This document shows, one piece after another, positions 12,284 to 24,927 of a stretch of 64,000 nucleotides of DNA. The translations under genes and the position numbers were made by a program. The DNA lies in the NCBI GenBank assembly GCA_964188305.1, contig OZ076885.1. One strand, written 5' to 3'. Source of the stretch: Podarcis bocagei (Eukaryota). Every line of letters begins with the position of its first letter. Position 1 is the stretch's first letter. The notes below the pieces were generated by a model, which saw only the letters and a list, made by a program, of their open reading frames with translations, was not told the origin of the DNA and did not search any database.

Positions 12284-12390
12284 AATTTGCATACCACCCT
12301 TCACTCAAAGATCACAGGGCAATTCATCACATAAAAATTAAAAATGAGAACACAAAATACATAATAGAAATAGAAACAAACCAATGGACC
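12230..12390 (-). mobile_element. L2-type 3' end with (ATT)17 tail
   Basis: (ATT)n at 12230-12282 followed by AAATTTGCATACCACCCTTCACTCAAAGATCACAGGGC. Confidence 0.65.
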
Positions 12391-13311
12391 CCCCCTTTTT
12401 TCAGATCTGGGGGATGTTTTGGGGATAAGCAAGGGCAAATTTTACTTTTATTTTTAATACAGCTGTTTTGTGCAAGAGAGGTTCTGTGCAAATGAGCTGT
12501 TTTTAAAATAAAAATACAAAAACATGCCTTCAGCAACAACCAATGGGAAAAGGCAGGGTACATCCTTTCCTTGCAGCTGATGGAAACAAAACAGAAGCAG
12601 GGTGTGTGGTGAAAACAGCAGCTAGTGAAATGTCACCACAGATGTAAAAAAACCTCACCCACACAATGTGCTTCAGTGTGTCCACAGTTGGGTAACATGC
12701 AATTTTATATTGGATTTTCTTCCCTTATCCAATTATCCATGGATTGGGGGAATCCGCAGTTAGCAGGGTTGGTGTTGGAGTGCTGGCTGCCACTTGAACG
12801 AAGACATTGTGTGGACACCACAAAAAGCAACAACAGACACACAAGCAGCTTTAAGTCCATATTAAACTCCAGTGTGGATGAGCCCTGACTTAAGTATAGT
12901 TTTTACACTAAAAAATAATAATCCTATTTCCCATCCAACCTATGAATAAGTCACATCCTCTATAAATGCATGACTTTAAAAGAAAGTTAATACTTCCTAT
13001 AAATAATATCAACAAAATTCATTTAATTTGAATCAACAGAACTTTGTTCAGAGGAAATATATTTAAGGTGGAAAATGGGAGCATTAAAACAAGTAAATTC
13101 AATTTTGTGTGTGTGTGTGTTTTAATTTTAGAGACATAAAATATTTTACCTTTTCTTTTTTTGCAGCTGAGCATTGGGGGAAATGACATAAACATATTGT
13201 ACAGTGAGGAGCAGGGGTGCTCAAATGAACATTCTGCCTACAGGCTTCTCAGTCTTAAAAAGGCCCTTAGCCCTTACATCATCCACTTGTTTTGTCCTCA
13301 GATTTCCCTCA

Positions 13312-13345
<34 letters not shown>

Positions 13346-13867
13346 ATCCTCAACAGCCACTATTGAGAACAATAGATCTTTATTTACTATATACAGTTTT
13401 CAAAATCAGACATTGTTAAACTTTTAAATAGATTCTTAAAGTTTTAAAATATGCTTTATTTTATTTTTAAATGTATTGTTTTTGCTACTTTGTTGTGTGC
13501 TGCTCTAGGCTCAATTGGCAGGAAAGGTGCAATAGAAATTTAACAAATAATAATGCTGAAATAATACATGCAAACTGCATCAGAATGCAGTTTATAGAAG
13601 ACTGGTTTCATACATCGGGGAGGGTTTTATGTGTGCTAACTTTTCCCCTCACCATCACAAAAGTGAAACAGCTTTCATGCAAATGACACTTAGGAAGTCA
13701 TTAGTATAACAGAAATCATCTAATTTTGCAAACAGAAAATCAGAGCATGTGATAATATTCTGTCCATAGCTGCCACAGAATAGGGGCAGTCCAGGAACTA
13801 CTTGCTGTAAGAAGACAGTATCATTAAGCTGGTCAGAGGTGCCATTCCTTGGCACACAAGTGTATAA

Positions 13868-13992
13868 CAGATTCACAGAATTGTAGAGTTGGAAGGGACC
13901 ATGAGGGCCAACTTCCTGCAATGCAAGATTTTGTTGCCCAATGTGGGGCTAAAACCCACGATCCGGAGGCTAAGAATCTCATGCTCTTCTGT
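13868..13992 (-). mobile_element. tRNA-Lys(CTT)-derived SINE with CR1-like 3' tail
   Basis: GCCCAATGTGGGGCTAAAACCCACGATCCGGAGGCTAAGAATCTCATGCTCT resembles the reverse complement of tRNA-Lys; AGAATTGTAGAGTTGGAAGGGACC is an antisense CR1 tail. Confidence 0.75.
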
Positions 13993-14359
13993 CTCAAAAT
14001 GCGCCATAAATCAAGTATGATACCACAGTGGCAAGAGCTGTTTGTTGCAAAAAAGGGAAGCATTAGTCCTCCCTGCATTCTAAGAAGGCCAAGTGACAAT
14101 ACCAGAGCTGCACTCTAGGTTCAAAACAAACCAAAAACCAGAATACATTTCAGGGGCAAATGGAATAACCTATCTCTGGAGCGAAACTACGGAGTTCACG
14201 AAAGGCGGGAAAGCTCTGGATAATAGCAGAGTGGAGAATGGCACTAAAGAGAGGTTATTTTAAATTTTAAATAAATAATTGGAGCAAACTCCCTCCAGTC
14301 TAGTAGGACCTTTAAAGACTCTACTTTAAGGAGAATGATTCAATCACATTAAAAATTTA

Positions 14360-14607
14360 GCACTACAGTGGCTAACAGGTTAAGTTAAAACTGAAAAGCC
14401 CCTGGCTCAAAATGTCACCTCTGCCATAAGCCCCATGTGTGGCTTTAGATAAGCAATTATACGTGAAGCTCAGCTTGCCCCCCACCCACCTCCACCCTTA
14501 GCTGCTAGACTGGGATAATATTAGTGACCTGCCTTACATGTTTGTTGTAAGGTTTTCAGAGAAAATGTACATGATGTTATTTGAAAACTAAAGTGCTATA
14601 TAAATGT
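14360..14607 (+). mobile_element. MIR-like CORE SINE relic
   Basis: TGGGATAATATTAGTGACCTGCCTTACATGTTTGTTGTAAGG...AAAGTGCTATATAAATG, matching the MIR core and tail. Confidence 0.6.
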
Positions 14608-14793
14608 GGAGCACCATTTCATTTCTAATCTGCAATTTGGTGTTTTATTCCTTTTAAGATGGCAACACAAAATACACAAGGTATCATTCTTGCGTGCCTA
14701 GTTCATTAGATTGGGCTAGTGTTCCTGAGTTGTATCATGTTATAATTATCTTCAAGAATATCTAATCAGAATAAAGTATTTGATTCCTTAGCA

Positions 14794-14929
14794 CAGGCAT
14801 AGGCATACTCGGCCCTCCAGATGTTTTTGGCCTACAACTCCCATGATCCCTAGCTAACAGGACCAGTGGTCAGGGATGATGGGAATTGTAGTCCCACAAC
14901 ATCTGGAGGACCGAGTTTGCCTATGCCTG
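14794..14929. mobile_element. hAT MITE (136 bp)
   Basis: TIRs CAGGCATAGGCA / TGCCTATGCCTG; perfect 8-bp TSD CCTTAGCA (14786-14793, 14930-14937). Confidence 0.93.
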
Positions 14930-15076
14930 CCTTAGCACTGCAAGGCATGTTTGACATGCAGATGTGATCTACATGCACTTCTGTAGTTCCTGCTCTCTGC
15001 CTAGATAGTCCCCTAGGCACCAACACACATGTGAGACACATTTTCTTAACGCCTTGTGCTTGATGTCATTGTACAC

Positions 15077-15212
15077 CAGGCTTCCTCAACCCAGGCCCTC
15101 CAGATGTTTTGAGACTACAATTCCCACCATCTCTGACCACTGGTGCTGCTAGCTAGGGATCATGGGAGTTGTAGGCCAAAAACATCTGGAGGGCCGAGGT
15201 TGAGGAAGCCTG
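15077..15212. mobile_element. hAT MITE (136 bp), same core as 14794-14929 but inverted and with different TIRs
   Basis: TIRs CAGGCTTCCTCAACC / GGTTGAGGAAGCCTG; degenerate 8-bp TSD TTGTACAC/TTCTATAC. Confidence 0.9.
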
Positions 15213-16090
15213 TTCTATACAAACCCAGAATGCGACTCCCTCCATAGCAACAGAATGCTGGTTAGGCAGAGTTCCTGTCCTGCTGAAGAAGCCCTATGCA
15301 TGTGTATTCCACATGTACTTGCACAGAACCCTTCAAAGTGATGCTGAACGTGCAATGTTATAAGAACCTAAGTGATGTTGTCATCCAGATTAGCTTCCAC
15401 ATTTTCACTGCCCCGCTTCATGCATTAAGTACCCATAGGTGAGTGCCCAGGAGTGTCGTTTTTAATCTGGCAAATGCCGTATTCTAAGGAAGTGGCCAAG
15501 GCCTGCACTTCCATATTGGCCTTTGCAGTATAATGTGGTTTCCCTGAAGTTTATGCCTGTTGTATTTATAATAGACTTTCATCTAAGCTTGCTTTGCTGG
15601 TAACTTTTACACTGCTGGGTAACAGTTCTGAGGTGGTAACAAACAGCTTCAGTGCTTGTGTCAGGAGAAATAAAACTGTTATTATTTAAAACACTTCAAA
15701 GGCCACACTTGAACTCCACAGCTCTGCAGAGTTGTCGTGAATAAAAAACAACAACCAGGCTGTAGAACACCAGGCTGCCCCCTCAACAATAAGCTGTCTT
15801 CTCTCCAACTTACTTTTGGATTCCTGCCAGTTGCCCATTTGCTTTACACCATCAATTTATATTCACTGAGATGGTGTAAGGTTCTAGAACAGAAATTATT
15901 ATCAAATTTGCCTGCCAAACATATGAGCAGCAAAAGCTGGTCTTTCAGAGGCCTTTGTGTACAATCCAAGGACCCAATTCTGTAAATACTTTCTGCTACG
16001 TATTCAGTACTTTTAAAGACTCAGTAAAGTCAAAGGTACTACATCTGTTAGTAAAAAATTAAAAGCAAAGTCAGATTATGATGTTCTTAC

Positions 16091-16120
16091 CTTCATCATT
16101 TTAAGTTGTTCCACTAGCAC
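16091..16120 (-). CDS. Candidate 30-nt coding exon (VLVEQLKMMK), host gene unidentified
   Basis: AG|GTGCTAGTGGAACAACTTAAAATGATGAAG|GTAAGA; only the phase-0 frame is open; CTAAC branch-like motif about 55 nt upstream. Confidence 0.5.
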
Positions 16121-17089
16121 CTTTTTTTTTTTTTTTAAAGAAAACTCCAGATGGGTAAAAATGCAACAGAATTAGTTAGCATTTTGGGCATTATCCTTTT
16201 ATTTTATTTTTGTACACTAACTGTTTGCCAACATTTATTATCAGTTACAAAATGTGCTATTGTTTTAACAAGTTGTACACTAGAAGAGGTATACTGAGAA
16301 TAATACCTCACATGTTTTGTATGGAGCAATAACCCCTCTGTGTCTGAGGTGAGTCTGAATTCTCTTCAAAATGTGGGAAGTCTTTTGCACTTTAATGAAA
16401 AACGTCTGCCCTGTAAGAATGACAGGTTTCAGTGGAACTATGTGATTATACTTTAACAGTGGAGCATTGCTCCACTGAGTTTGAAGGGATTTACTCCTAG
16501 GTAAGTGAGCATAGGATTTCAGGTTAAGCATGCAGCTTCATCATCTGAGAGAAGAGATCAGACACATAAATGGCCAAAGACAGAACAGAATTTAGCTGGC
16601 TATAAGCCAAAACCACTTCCCAAGCCATTTTCCTCCCAGTAGGTTCTGAGATTAGATATAACCTCCAACACCCGCTCTACACACACACACACACACACAG
16701 GAAGAAAAGCACCTGTGGAGAAGTGGTTTCAAGGGAAAGTGAATGCAGGAGAATAATTCAGCACCACATTCTATGCTTTAGTTTGTCCCCACACTACTTT
16801 AGTGAAATTTTAGCAGGCAGGGTACACCACCATAAAGTGTAATTAAAGTTGAACATCAGACTGCACTAGAAACGGCAGACTCCAAAATGTTGTGGAAGAC
16901 TGTGAACTTATGCTCAAAAAATGCATTTAGGATGGTAAAAGCTACTGCAACTGGGAAGGGAATGTTTCATATAATGAAGATGAAGTTTCTCTGAGTATGC
17001 TAAATGCACTCTGGGCAAATGCTCAGAGGAGAAAATACAAAGAAGATGGAAATGCAGGTGAACAAAGAACCTCATAGGAGCCAACTACT

Positions 17090-17262
17090 AGAGGCAGTGG
17101 GGACTTTGGCCCCCACAATAAAAGATTTGAGGGGGCCAGGCCCCCACAAAGTTGATGGGCATTCCCATTCAAATGGTCTGTGCGCACTTCATCGCATGAT
17201 CTATTATGTGGGGCAGGGCTTGCCTGGGCCCCCACAATATTTTATTCAAGTTGCCACCTCTG
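17090..17262. mobile_element. Short non-autonomous DNA transposon relic
   Basis: GC-rich 170-bp island with AGAGGCAG... / ...TTGCCACCTCTG ends and an internal GGCCCCCACAA repeated three times. Confidence 0.45.
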
Positions 17263-18844
17263 AAGAACTGGATAGGTTTGGATGCAGTAAGCAAAAATCT
17301 CGGCACCGGAAGAAGCAAGAGTTAAATTCCAGGTGTTAATGCTGTGAGGAGCATTAAGCAGTGTCCAGCAATGGAGAAATATAGTATATGTAACAAATGT
17401 GGTCACTTTATTAAAGCATGCAACCAGTCTACGAGAGATCAGAAGAAAGTTCAATAGAGGTAAGCAGATACCTCTGCACCCACCAGTGCAGAGGAGGCCT
17501 TTTACATTGGCATTCTGATAAGAATAGTCCCAAGTCCAGAGGAGTGAAACTGATATAACTCTTCAACATAAGTGTACGTATTAAAACAAGGAGGCAGTGT
17601 TGGGAATGAAAATCTGCCATTCAGGAACTACTGAGCTAAACTGAAGGTCTTCACACTGAACACAGATGCCTTTGAAGGTACAGGCAGGATAGATAATAAA
17701 TATGATGTTACACTGATGAAGCCAAACAGGCCAATGGTGCATGGTCTGTGTAGGCTTCTTTGGTACTTCAAATAATTTAAATGCCTTTGTGACATTTGGA
17801 ATAATTGGAAAGGGGGTGGATTAGTCACTGATGCCTTACATCAGTGGTGGTCTGATAGATTCCTGGTGGAAAGACTGTAAATGTCATTTTCCTACCACGG
17901 ATCCTAGTAACAGTCAAGTGTCTGATGTGGACAGTAGACCCAAAGCCATGACCTCTATTTTCCTTATGCTACAAGGTTACTTCTGTGGATTCCTAGGACA
18001 GAAGGAAGGGGAGGCAAACAATCTGGTGCATTATGAGCTCCTTTGAGGGGTTTGTGAGAGTTGTTTTGGAATGCATGCAAAGCCTAAAATCCTTTCGAGT
18101 GAAGACCCCACTTGTACCTTGATCTCTCTGTACTTACAAGTGAACTTGAGGAAGTCATTTGCAGTGAGGAAAAAAATAGGATGCTCACCAGTCAACCAAG
18201 CTTATATGTGTGTACCCCTGCCCGCTTCAGTGAGAGAGCTACAGCAATGGAGAGCGCTAGGAAATTAATGTGACAATGTTACTCTGGGCAGAAAACAGGG
18301 GATACACTGTGTCCTGCCAGCATTTAGCAAATTTAATACAGGCAATGACCATTTTGTGTGGGGGTTGTGTTCCTTACCCTCATGCGTGTTGGCAGAACAC
18401 ATGTAAGCCCACTCCATCCCATTCTCTCTCCTTTTCCAGCCACTTCTGGGTTGTGGTGATGCACGCAAAAAGAATTGCCTGTACACAAACAAATCCTTGC
18501 AAGATGTGGAGGCTATGGACCGAGTCATATGTATGACTGGATGTTGTTGTAATTTAAATTTGTATGCTGCCCTTTATCCACAGATATCATGGCAGTTTGC
18601 AACATCTTATTGTAGATGTGTACTCAGTACAAAGAGCTCTTAGGGAACAGAATCACTGCTTTGAGATTTTACTTGGAAAGCTCAGAAATGCAGAGAAGTA
18701 TGTAGACAAGCCCTTCAGGGACACAGTAGAAAGAGAGAGAGGTCTGTTTCGGAAAACAAGGGTTTTAAGATAAGTCAGTTCATACTGATGTAGTAGGATA
18801 CCATTCATGAAAAGGAATACTCCTCTCTGGTATTGCATCCATAG

Positions 18845-18980
18845 CAGGGGTGAGGAATGTGTAACCTGTCAGATGTTGTTGGTCTACAGTTGTTATAATC
18901 CCTGCATTGGCTACTCTGGCTAGGGCTGATGAAAGCTGGAATCCAACAACCACTGGAGGGGCACAGGTTTTAGTTCTCTG
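18845..18980. mobile_element. Older hAT MITE related to the 14794/15077/49042 elements
   Basis: CAGGGGTGAGGAA...AGATGTTGTTGG...CCAACAAC...CTCTG; partial 8-bp TSD ATCCATAG/AGCTATAG. Confidence 0.6.
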
Positions 18981-20949
18981 AGCTATAGTCTCTCATGCCA
19001 AGGATGAGAGGGGGAATGCAGTCACAATGGGAGTTTGCTACAGAGAGATGTGTTTGCATGTGTGATATACCTATCTAGTGAAAAAGTTGCAGACAACAGT
19101 CACAATCTAGATGGGCAAGTAAATGTTAATTCATGAGAGGCGTCAGTAGTTTTGTAGCACACCAGTTCCTATAACATCGGTAAATATAGTTCTGGAGTCT
19201 CTGAAGATAAATTTAGGTTACAATGTTGAAGGAGTGGCTCTTCAGAAATTCTACCCGTTCCATATATAGGGCAAGCTAGACCAGTAGAGCTAAGGGTTTT
19301 TGGTATTTGAATAAGATAGTGGGAAAGAGCTTTAGATTTACTGTACATTGGGCAGCTCTGGGAGAAAGGCTGCACTATGCAAACAAGAGAGGCTCCATTT
19401 GTGCTACAATGGAACCAAACTGCTGGTTCTTAAAACAGTGGTAGTAGTAGTACTGTAGTAGTAGTAATAAAGTTTGCATAGCAGTTTTATAATTGACATG
19501 TAGAACAAAGTTGATAGTAGAAGTATATGGGTGTGAGATAACCTCAGTTAGGGGTTATCTGAGTGTTCTGTGTCCTAAAAGAGAGGACAGGATAGATCTC
19601 AGTCCAATAGATGTTATTGACAAGTGAACCAAAACAGTTGAGGATGAATCAATAGCAAAATGCCCATGAAAAGGACACATAAAGAAGAACAATATAGATA
19701 GGGAGGAGTGTGTGTGAGTGCTCGCATGCTATTGCTGGAGGTCTTAAAGCAAGATGGGTGAGTTCCAAAACCTACTATCAGAACAGAATGTATAGGAGGG
19801 ATATCAGAAACCTAATAGAAAAGTGATAATCAATAGGATGCAATTATCCATAATTATAAAATTTACAGAAAATGTAGAGCAGATTGAAGTGGCAATGTTA
19901 ATGCTTTATATGTCAAGGAGGCTATTGTATGCAATGAATTAGAAACCCATGGGAGAGTAAATTAAATCACAAAAATCCCCCTAATGAATGTTCCAATTGT
20001 AATCTTGAGGCGGGGAGCAAGGAGGCAGCCAAATAAACCCCAGTAGTCTTCCGATAATGTCTCTCAATTTACATTATTATGATTCAGTAAGTTTTCTAGT
20101 GTCTAATATTTTGTCCTAAACACCCCCCGTCAAATAGCTTGATGGAAAATGCGATGAAAATTGTAAAAACAACTGATGAGAAAAGCATCAGGCTCAAACA
20201 CAGATACATATTTTGTACTTTCATTGACAGGCAGCACAATTAAAGCCATGGAAATTGCTGAAGATCTGTTCCTCAACAGAGAAACCAAGAGCATGAAGGG
20301 AAGAACCACAATGCAGTGCCCCCAAATAACCTTTGAAGTTCAAACTCATAAATTGCATAAGAGAGTGAAACAAAAATAGCTAAGAAAGAAAGTAATGTGT
20401 ATCACTATATCAAAATTAAGTGACAAAGCATGATTGCATACTGGTAACAAGTGGGTGCAGAGAACTGTCATTAAATAAAGAGGTTGCAGCTACATCTTAT
20501 GAAGACTTCATCTCTTACAAATTTTGAAAGATGAGAAGAAGGGGGGGGGAGGGGACAATCAGAAGCACCAGGAAGCAATCCAACATGCAAAGTGGGAGGG
20601 GGGGATCTAGAAATGAAACTACAAAGGTATAGTGACTTCTGGAGTGAAGGAATTCCAGAGAACAGTATTAATAACCTGGGGTTAAAATGCTAAATGGCTA
20701 GAATGTCCGCTTACTAAGTAAAAGGGGAGTTGCAAGGATTATAGGTATCCATGGAAACATGTGACTGTACTCTAACGGCACCATCCTTATAAAAGAGAAA
20801 GTGGTTAGACACAGAAATGTGGGCAGGCTCTTAGTCCAGGAACTAGGTTAGATACATAGCAAACCACCTTAATAAATAAACCTTTCATTCTGATAAAAGA
20901 CTGCTGGCAGGTTCCTTCTAGTAGAGATTACAAAACATTACACCACCTA

Positions 20950-21205
20950 CTGACAGTCTTATCCTAAGCTTTCCTTGGAAGTAAATCCCACTGAGTCCAG
21001 AGGGATTTAGTTCCTAATAAGTGTGGTTAGAATTGTAGTCATGTGGCATGACCCTGCTTTGTTTACTCAAAAGTAAATCTAATTGATTCAATGGGTCTTA
21101 CTTCCAAATAAATGTACTTAGGATTTCTGGACACCTAATGCTGCAGTCCTAAGCATATTTATCTCAAGCAACATTGTATCAAACTCACTGGTACTATTTT
21201 CTGAT
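20950..21205. repeat. Three adjacent copies of a short (about 85 bp) palindromic lizard repeat
   Basis: Recurrent CAGTCCTAAGCAT..TTACTC..AAGTAAATCCCACTGAGT..AATGGG.CTTACTTCC; dispersed copies at about 16470, 22500, 26995, 40610 and 40860. Confidence 0.6.
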
Positions 21206-22904
21206 TAATTTTAATATAATTTTTAGGGGGGAAGCTGCACACATATTTTGCATGGATAGTTTGCATTTGTTTTGATGAAATTCATATCATCAACTTAGTT
21301 CAGTTTTGCCATTTAACTTCCAGGATGGTGGGCTTGATTATTCCATAAAGAAGTTTATGTGTTGTACAGGACCTCAGAACCATGGAGACACTTGTGTTCA
21401 AAAATCAAAAGGTGTAGCTCTTACATCAAACAAACTCTGAGTATGGTGGACCTGAGAATTAGCTTTCCTAAATGAGAGTATAACAAATTCCAAAATATAA
21501 TAAGCTTGTGAAGCTTTACTAAAATGCTTTATGTTTTTAACAGTTTAGCTTTAAAAACAGAGTGCCTCATATATTTGTGAAGGGAACATTTTCTTTATGT
21601 ATTAAACCTTTTGAACCTTCTGAAATTAGCATCCACTACCTTGCCTCCCCTGGAAGGCAGTAGAAGTTGTATTTAAAAATAGAGAATTAAGCTTTAATCA
21701 TGAGAAGCAGAAGCAAATGGCAAAGGAACAGGCTCTGTGAATCAATATAACTGCCTCTGCGAAGCAAACTGTCCTTTAGTTCACAGCTATATAACTGTGA
21801 CAATACACAAGGAACAAACACAAGAAACATTTCCAAATGTTCTTGTTTCAGCTCATGAAGGAAGGCTTCAGACTGCTTAAAAACTTGCCACCTGGTGGCT
21901 CCAATCATTCCCAGTGAAGCCTGAAGCCTTTAATTACTACCACCACCATTGGACTTAGGGAGTCCTTACACAAGACACAAATGGAGCTTCTCAAAACTCA
22001 CTGATTTAATTTCCCCATCTCCTTCTCTTGCTCCAACCTAATACTACAGGATATCAGCTGGAACCAGCACTTGCTGTCATTATGTAAGCAGAAAGCAGCT
22101 CACACAACTGATCCTTCTCCTCTTCCCTTTAGCATCCTGAAATGCCCCTCCAGAAGGTCAGGGGACCCTCCCAAGCAATGAAGTTGTATCACATGGGGCA
22201 CAGGGGGAAATATGGGGAAGGAAAGAGAAACATCAATTCTGCAAGGTGTCCTCTGCTCATGCAACTACTGGATACAACAGTGAGTGCCATTTTGTCCCAA
22301 ATATAGACAGAATCAGGACGGCAAAATATTTTTGTTTAGTTTAATGTGAATAAATTACTATAAGCAGTGGATAAGCAGCATGAGCCTATAGTTATAGTTA
22401 TGAGTGTGATTTACTCCCTAGTAAGTCTACACAGACAGCATGAACAGAAAAGGGAATTTAATCTCCAACTGTGCCCCAAATTCAGCCATGCAACTTATTC
22501 CTATGCATGTCTAGTAGAAGCAAGGCAGACTAGAGTTCAATGGATTTACTTCCAGGTGAGAATACAGCGGATTTCAGCTTAGTCATTGTAAGGTCATTCT
22601 TGCCAATTCAGATTCTTCCCTGGTTATTATTCTCCATAGTAATAGACCTCATGTAGTTCCACATACTACTGCATTCACAAAGTGTGGTGGGGCTGTTTAT
22701 GCCATTCTACCCTGTCAGCTTCATACCTAACTTTCGTGCACCGAGGTTGAAGCTACGAAGCACAATTCTTCATGCATTAATATTCAGCCAAACACACTAA
22801 GAATCCCCCTTCACATTTTCCTGCTCAATGTGGACACTGGGAGTGGGGTTGGCATGTATGACCTCTTGCCCCTGCATGTTCTTTGAACACTTGAATAGGA
22901 CTTA

Positions 22905-23353
22905 TGATATCACCTGGGGTTACAGGCGTTTCCTTTGGGTTGGTGTTTCCTTTGGGGAATGAGGCACAGCAGAAACTGTGGTGTCTTTATGATATATGGT
23001 CTATTTACACATATATACAACCTGAGCCTACGATGGAGGGCTTCACAGCATTAACACCCCAAAGGGGTCTTGTTTGTCCCATAGTTGCAGCCTTCCATTC
23101 AAACAGAAATCAAAAATTGCTCTCGAATGTTGCCCTCTCTCTCCAGCTTGCTGCTTTACCTCAAGGTCATATCATTTCACTCACCACTCCAAACTCTGGC
23201 TTCATTCTTCTAATTAATGGCAACTATGAGCTGGGGGGAGGGGCCTCACCCATTTGCCATTTCACACAGAGCCTGTTTCCTTTATTTCTCTTAATGGCCC
23301 ATCACCCAGCCAATTACCTTAACACAGGAAGCTAGTCTGGCATATATGTTAAC
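22905..23353 (-). mobile_element. Possible solo LTR
   Basis: Minus strand starts TGTTAAC and contains TGTAAATAGACCATATATCATAAAGACACC, an LTR-like R/U5 pattern; TSD not confirmed. Confidence 0.3.
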
Positions 23354-24706
23354 ACTCGCTGGATCCAGGGGTTAGAAGGATCTTGCATACACCCTATTTC
23401 TTCCACCTCAAACTCATAGCAATATTTATTTCCTTTATGAATCACTTCTCATGAGGCATCCCAAAGTGATTTACAATATATTACAATCAAAAATCGATTT
23501 GAGTTATTCCTTAGACACCAATGAGAAACCTAGATATTTCTGTCTTTGTCTCCATTTATGAAACATATGCAGGTTTATTCAGTACTAAGTTACTATACTT
23601 AGGATGGCAGCTTTAAATAAATGAAGATCAGGAATTGAGAACTTATGTATAGTACAGCATATTTTAGTTACATGCCAAAACAGAGTCCATCTTTTTAATT
23701 AAAAAAGAAAAGAAAATTAAGAAAAAGGAGGGAAGATCATTTTATGACTTTATTAATATTTAACAAAAACATTCTATTTACACTGGCATCACCATTTCTT
23801 GCATGTCAATACAAGTGGCCATACTGATTTCTTCAGCACAGAGTAAGAAAGTGGTTCAACTGAGACAATGGGTCTTCTAACTCTTGCCCTTATTGCCTGT
23901 ATCATAAATCCATAAAGGGGGAAGTATGGTGAAACCAACTGGCAAGTTCAACTGAGAGATAAACATCAACACCTTTTTAATGACTTGTGTACACATTGTA
24001 AACCAGAGAATCTTTATACAAATAAACCAGATAAATCAAACATGAGGTGAGGATTAGAGAGAAGCAATTAAAGCTTTATGGTGAGGTTGATGTAGGAGGG
24101 ACCTGTAACACTTTAGAGCATATAACAGAAAATGTGTTAATACAGACTACAGTGTGTGCAGTTAAATTAATTAGTTTTTTTGAAAAAAAAATTCTAAAGC
24201 AATATGTTCATAGACAGGTAAGTTGCTAAAGCACATGGAATAAATAAACATTTAGTTTACTTATTTATTAGAGGACTGATGAAACTGGGAAGGCAGAAAG
24301 AGAGATTAAACTTTTTAAAAGACAGATGCGATAAAATCGTAGCTAATTTAGGTATATTTAAGTTGATGGCTGCTCCATGCTAGAGACAGAAAATAAAATG
24401 CATAATGAGATGAAAAACACCCTACTAGGTTGTATTTCATTGACTACAGTTAAGGTCCACCAATCTTTTGATGCATATTTGGAATTTTGAGAGAAGTTTG
24501 AGTGAACCCCTCAACTTCTGGTTGCTTCTCCTCCTTCTCTCCCACCCTCCCTTGCAGCAAAAAGAGAGAGTGCATATGCATACATACAGTTATATTGTTT
24601 TTCTAAGATCTCCTTGAATTTGCATGATTTTATATCGGAGTCTATAAAACCCACCAGCAAATGAAAGCTTTCGGTGGTAGACTATAAAGTAAAAATTCCA
24701 AATCCA

Positions 24707-24927
24707 GTGTTTTCCAGCGCCACAAATCCACTGATTTAAGGAATGGATCCTCATCATTTTTACATTGGATGAGAACACCAGCAAATCATGGGACACATTT
24801 GCTTACACAAATGTGACCTATGATCTGATTATGGTTTTGAGAGGATCCCTTGTAAAAATTATGAGGATCCGTAAGGGAACTGTGCTTCAGATTATATATT
24901 TGTACCACAGCGCCTCTTGAAAGCACC
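24707..24927. repeat. Imperfect about 220-bp palindrome (ancient hairpin repeat-like)
   Basis: Arms 24745-24764/24851-24870 pair 19/20; inner arms pair 15/17 around loop CTTACA. Confidence 0.75.

Noticed and set aside
13935-13992. tRNA-Lys gene
   Set aside because: Degenerate B box, incomplete cloverleaf and fused to a CR1-like tail, so it is a SINE
20231-20379. Plus-strand terminal exon (STIKAMEIAEDLFLNRE...)
   Set aside because: Acceptor-like TTTCATTGACAG is present, but there is no protein similarity or partner exon; TGACAG fits a MEIS site in a non-coding element equally well
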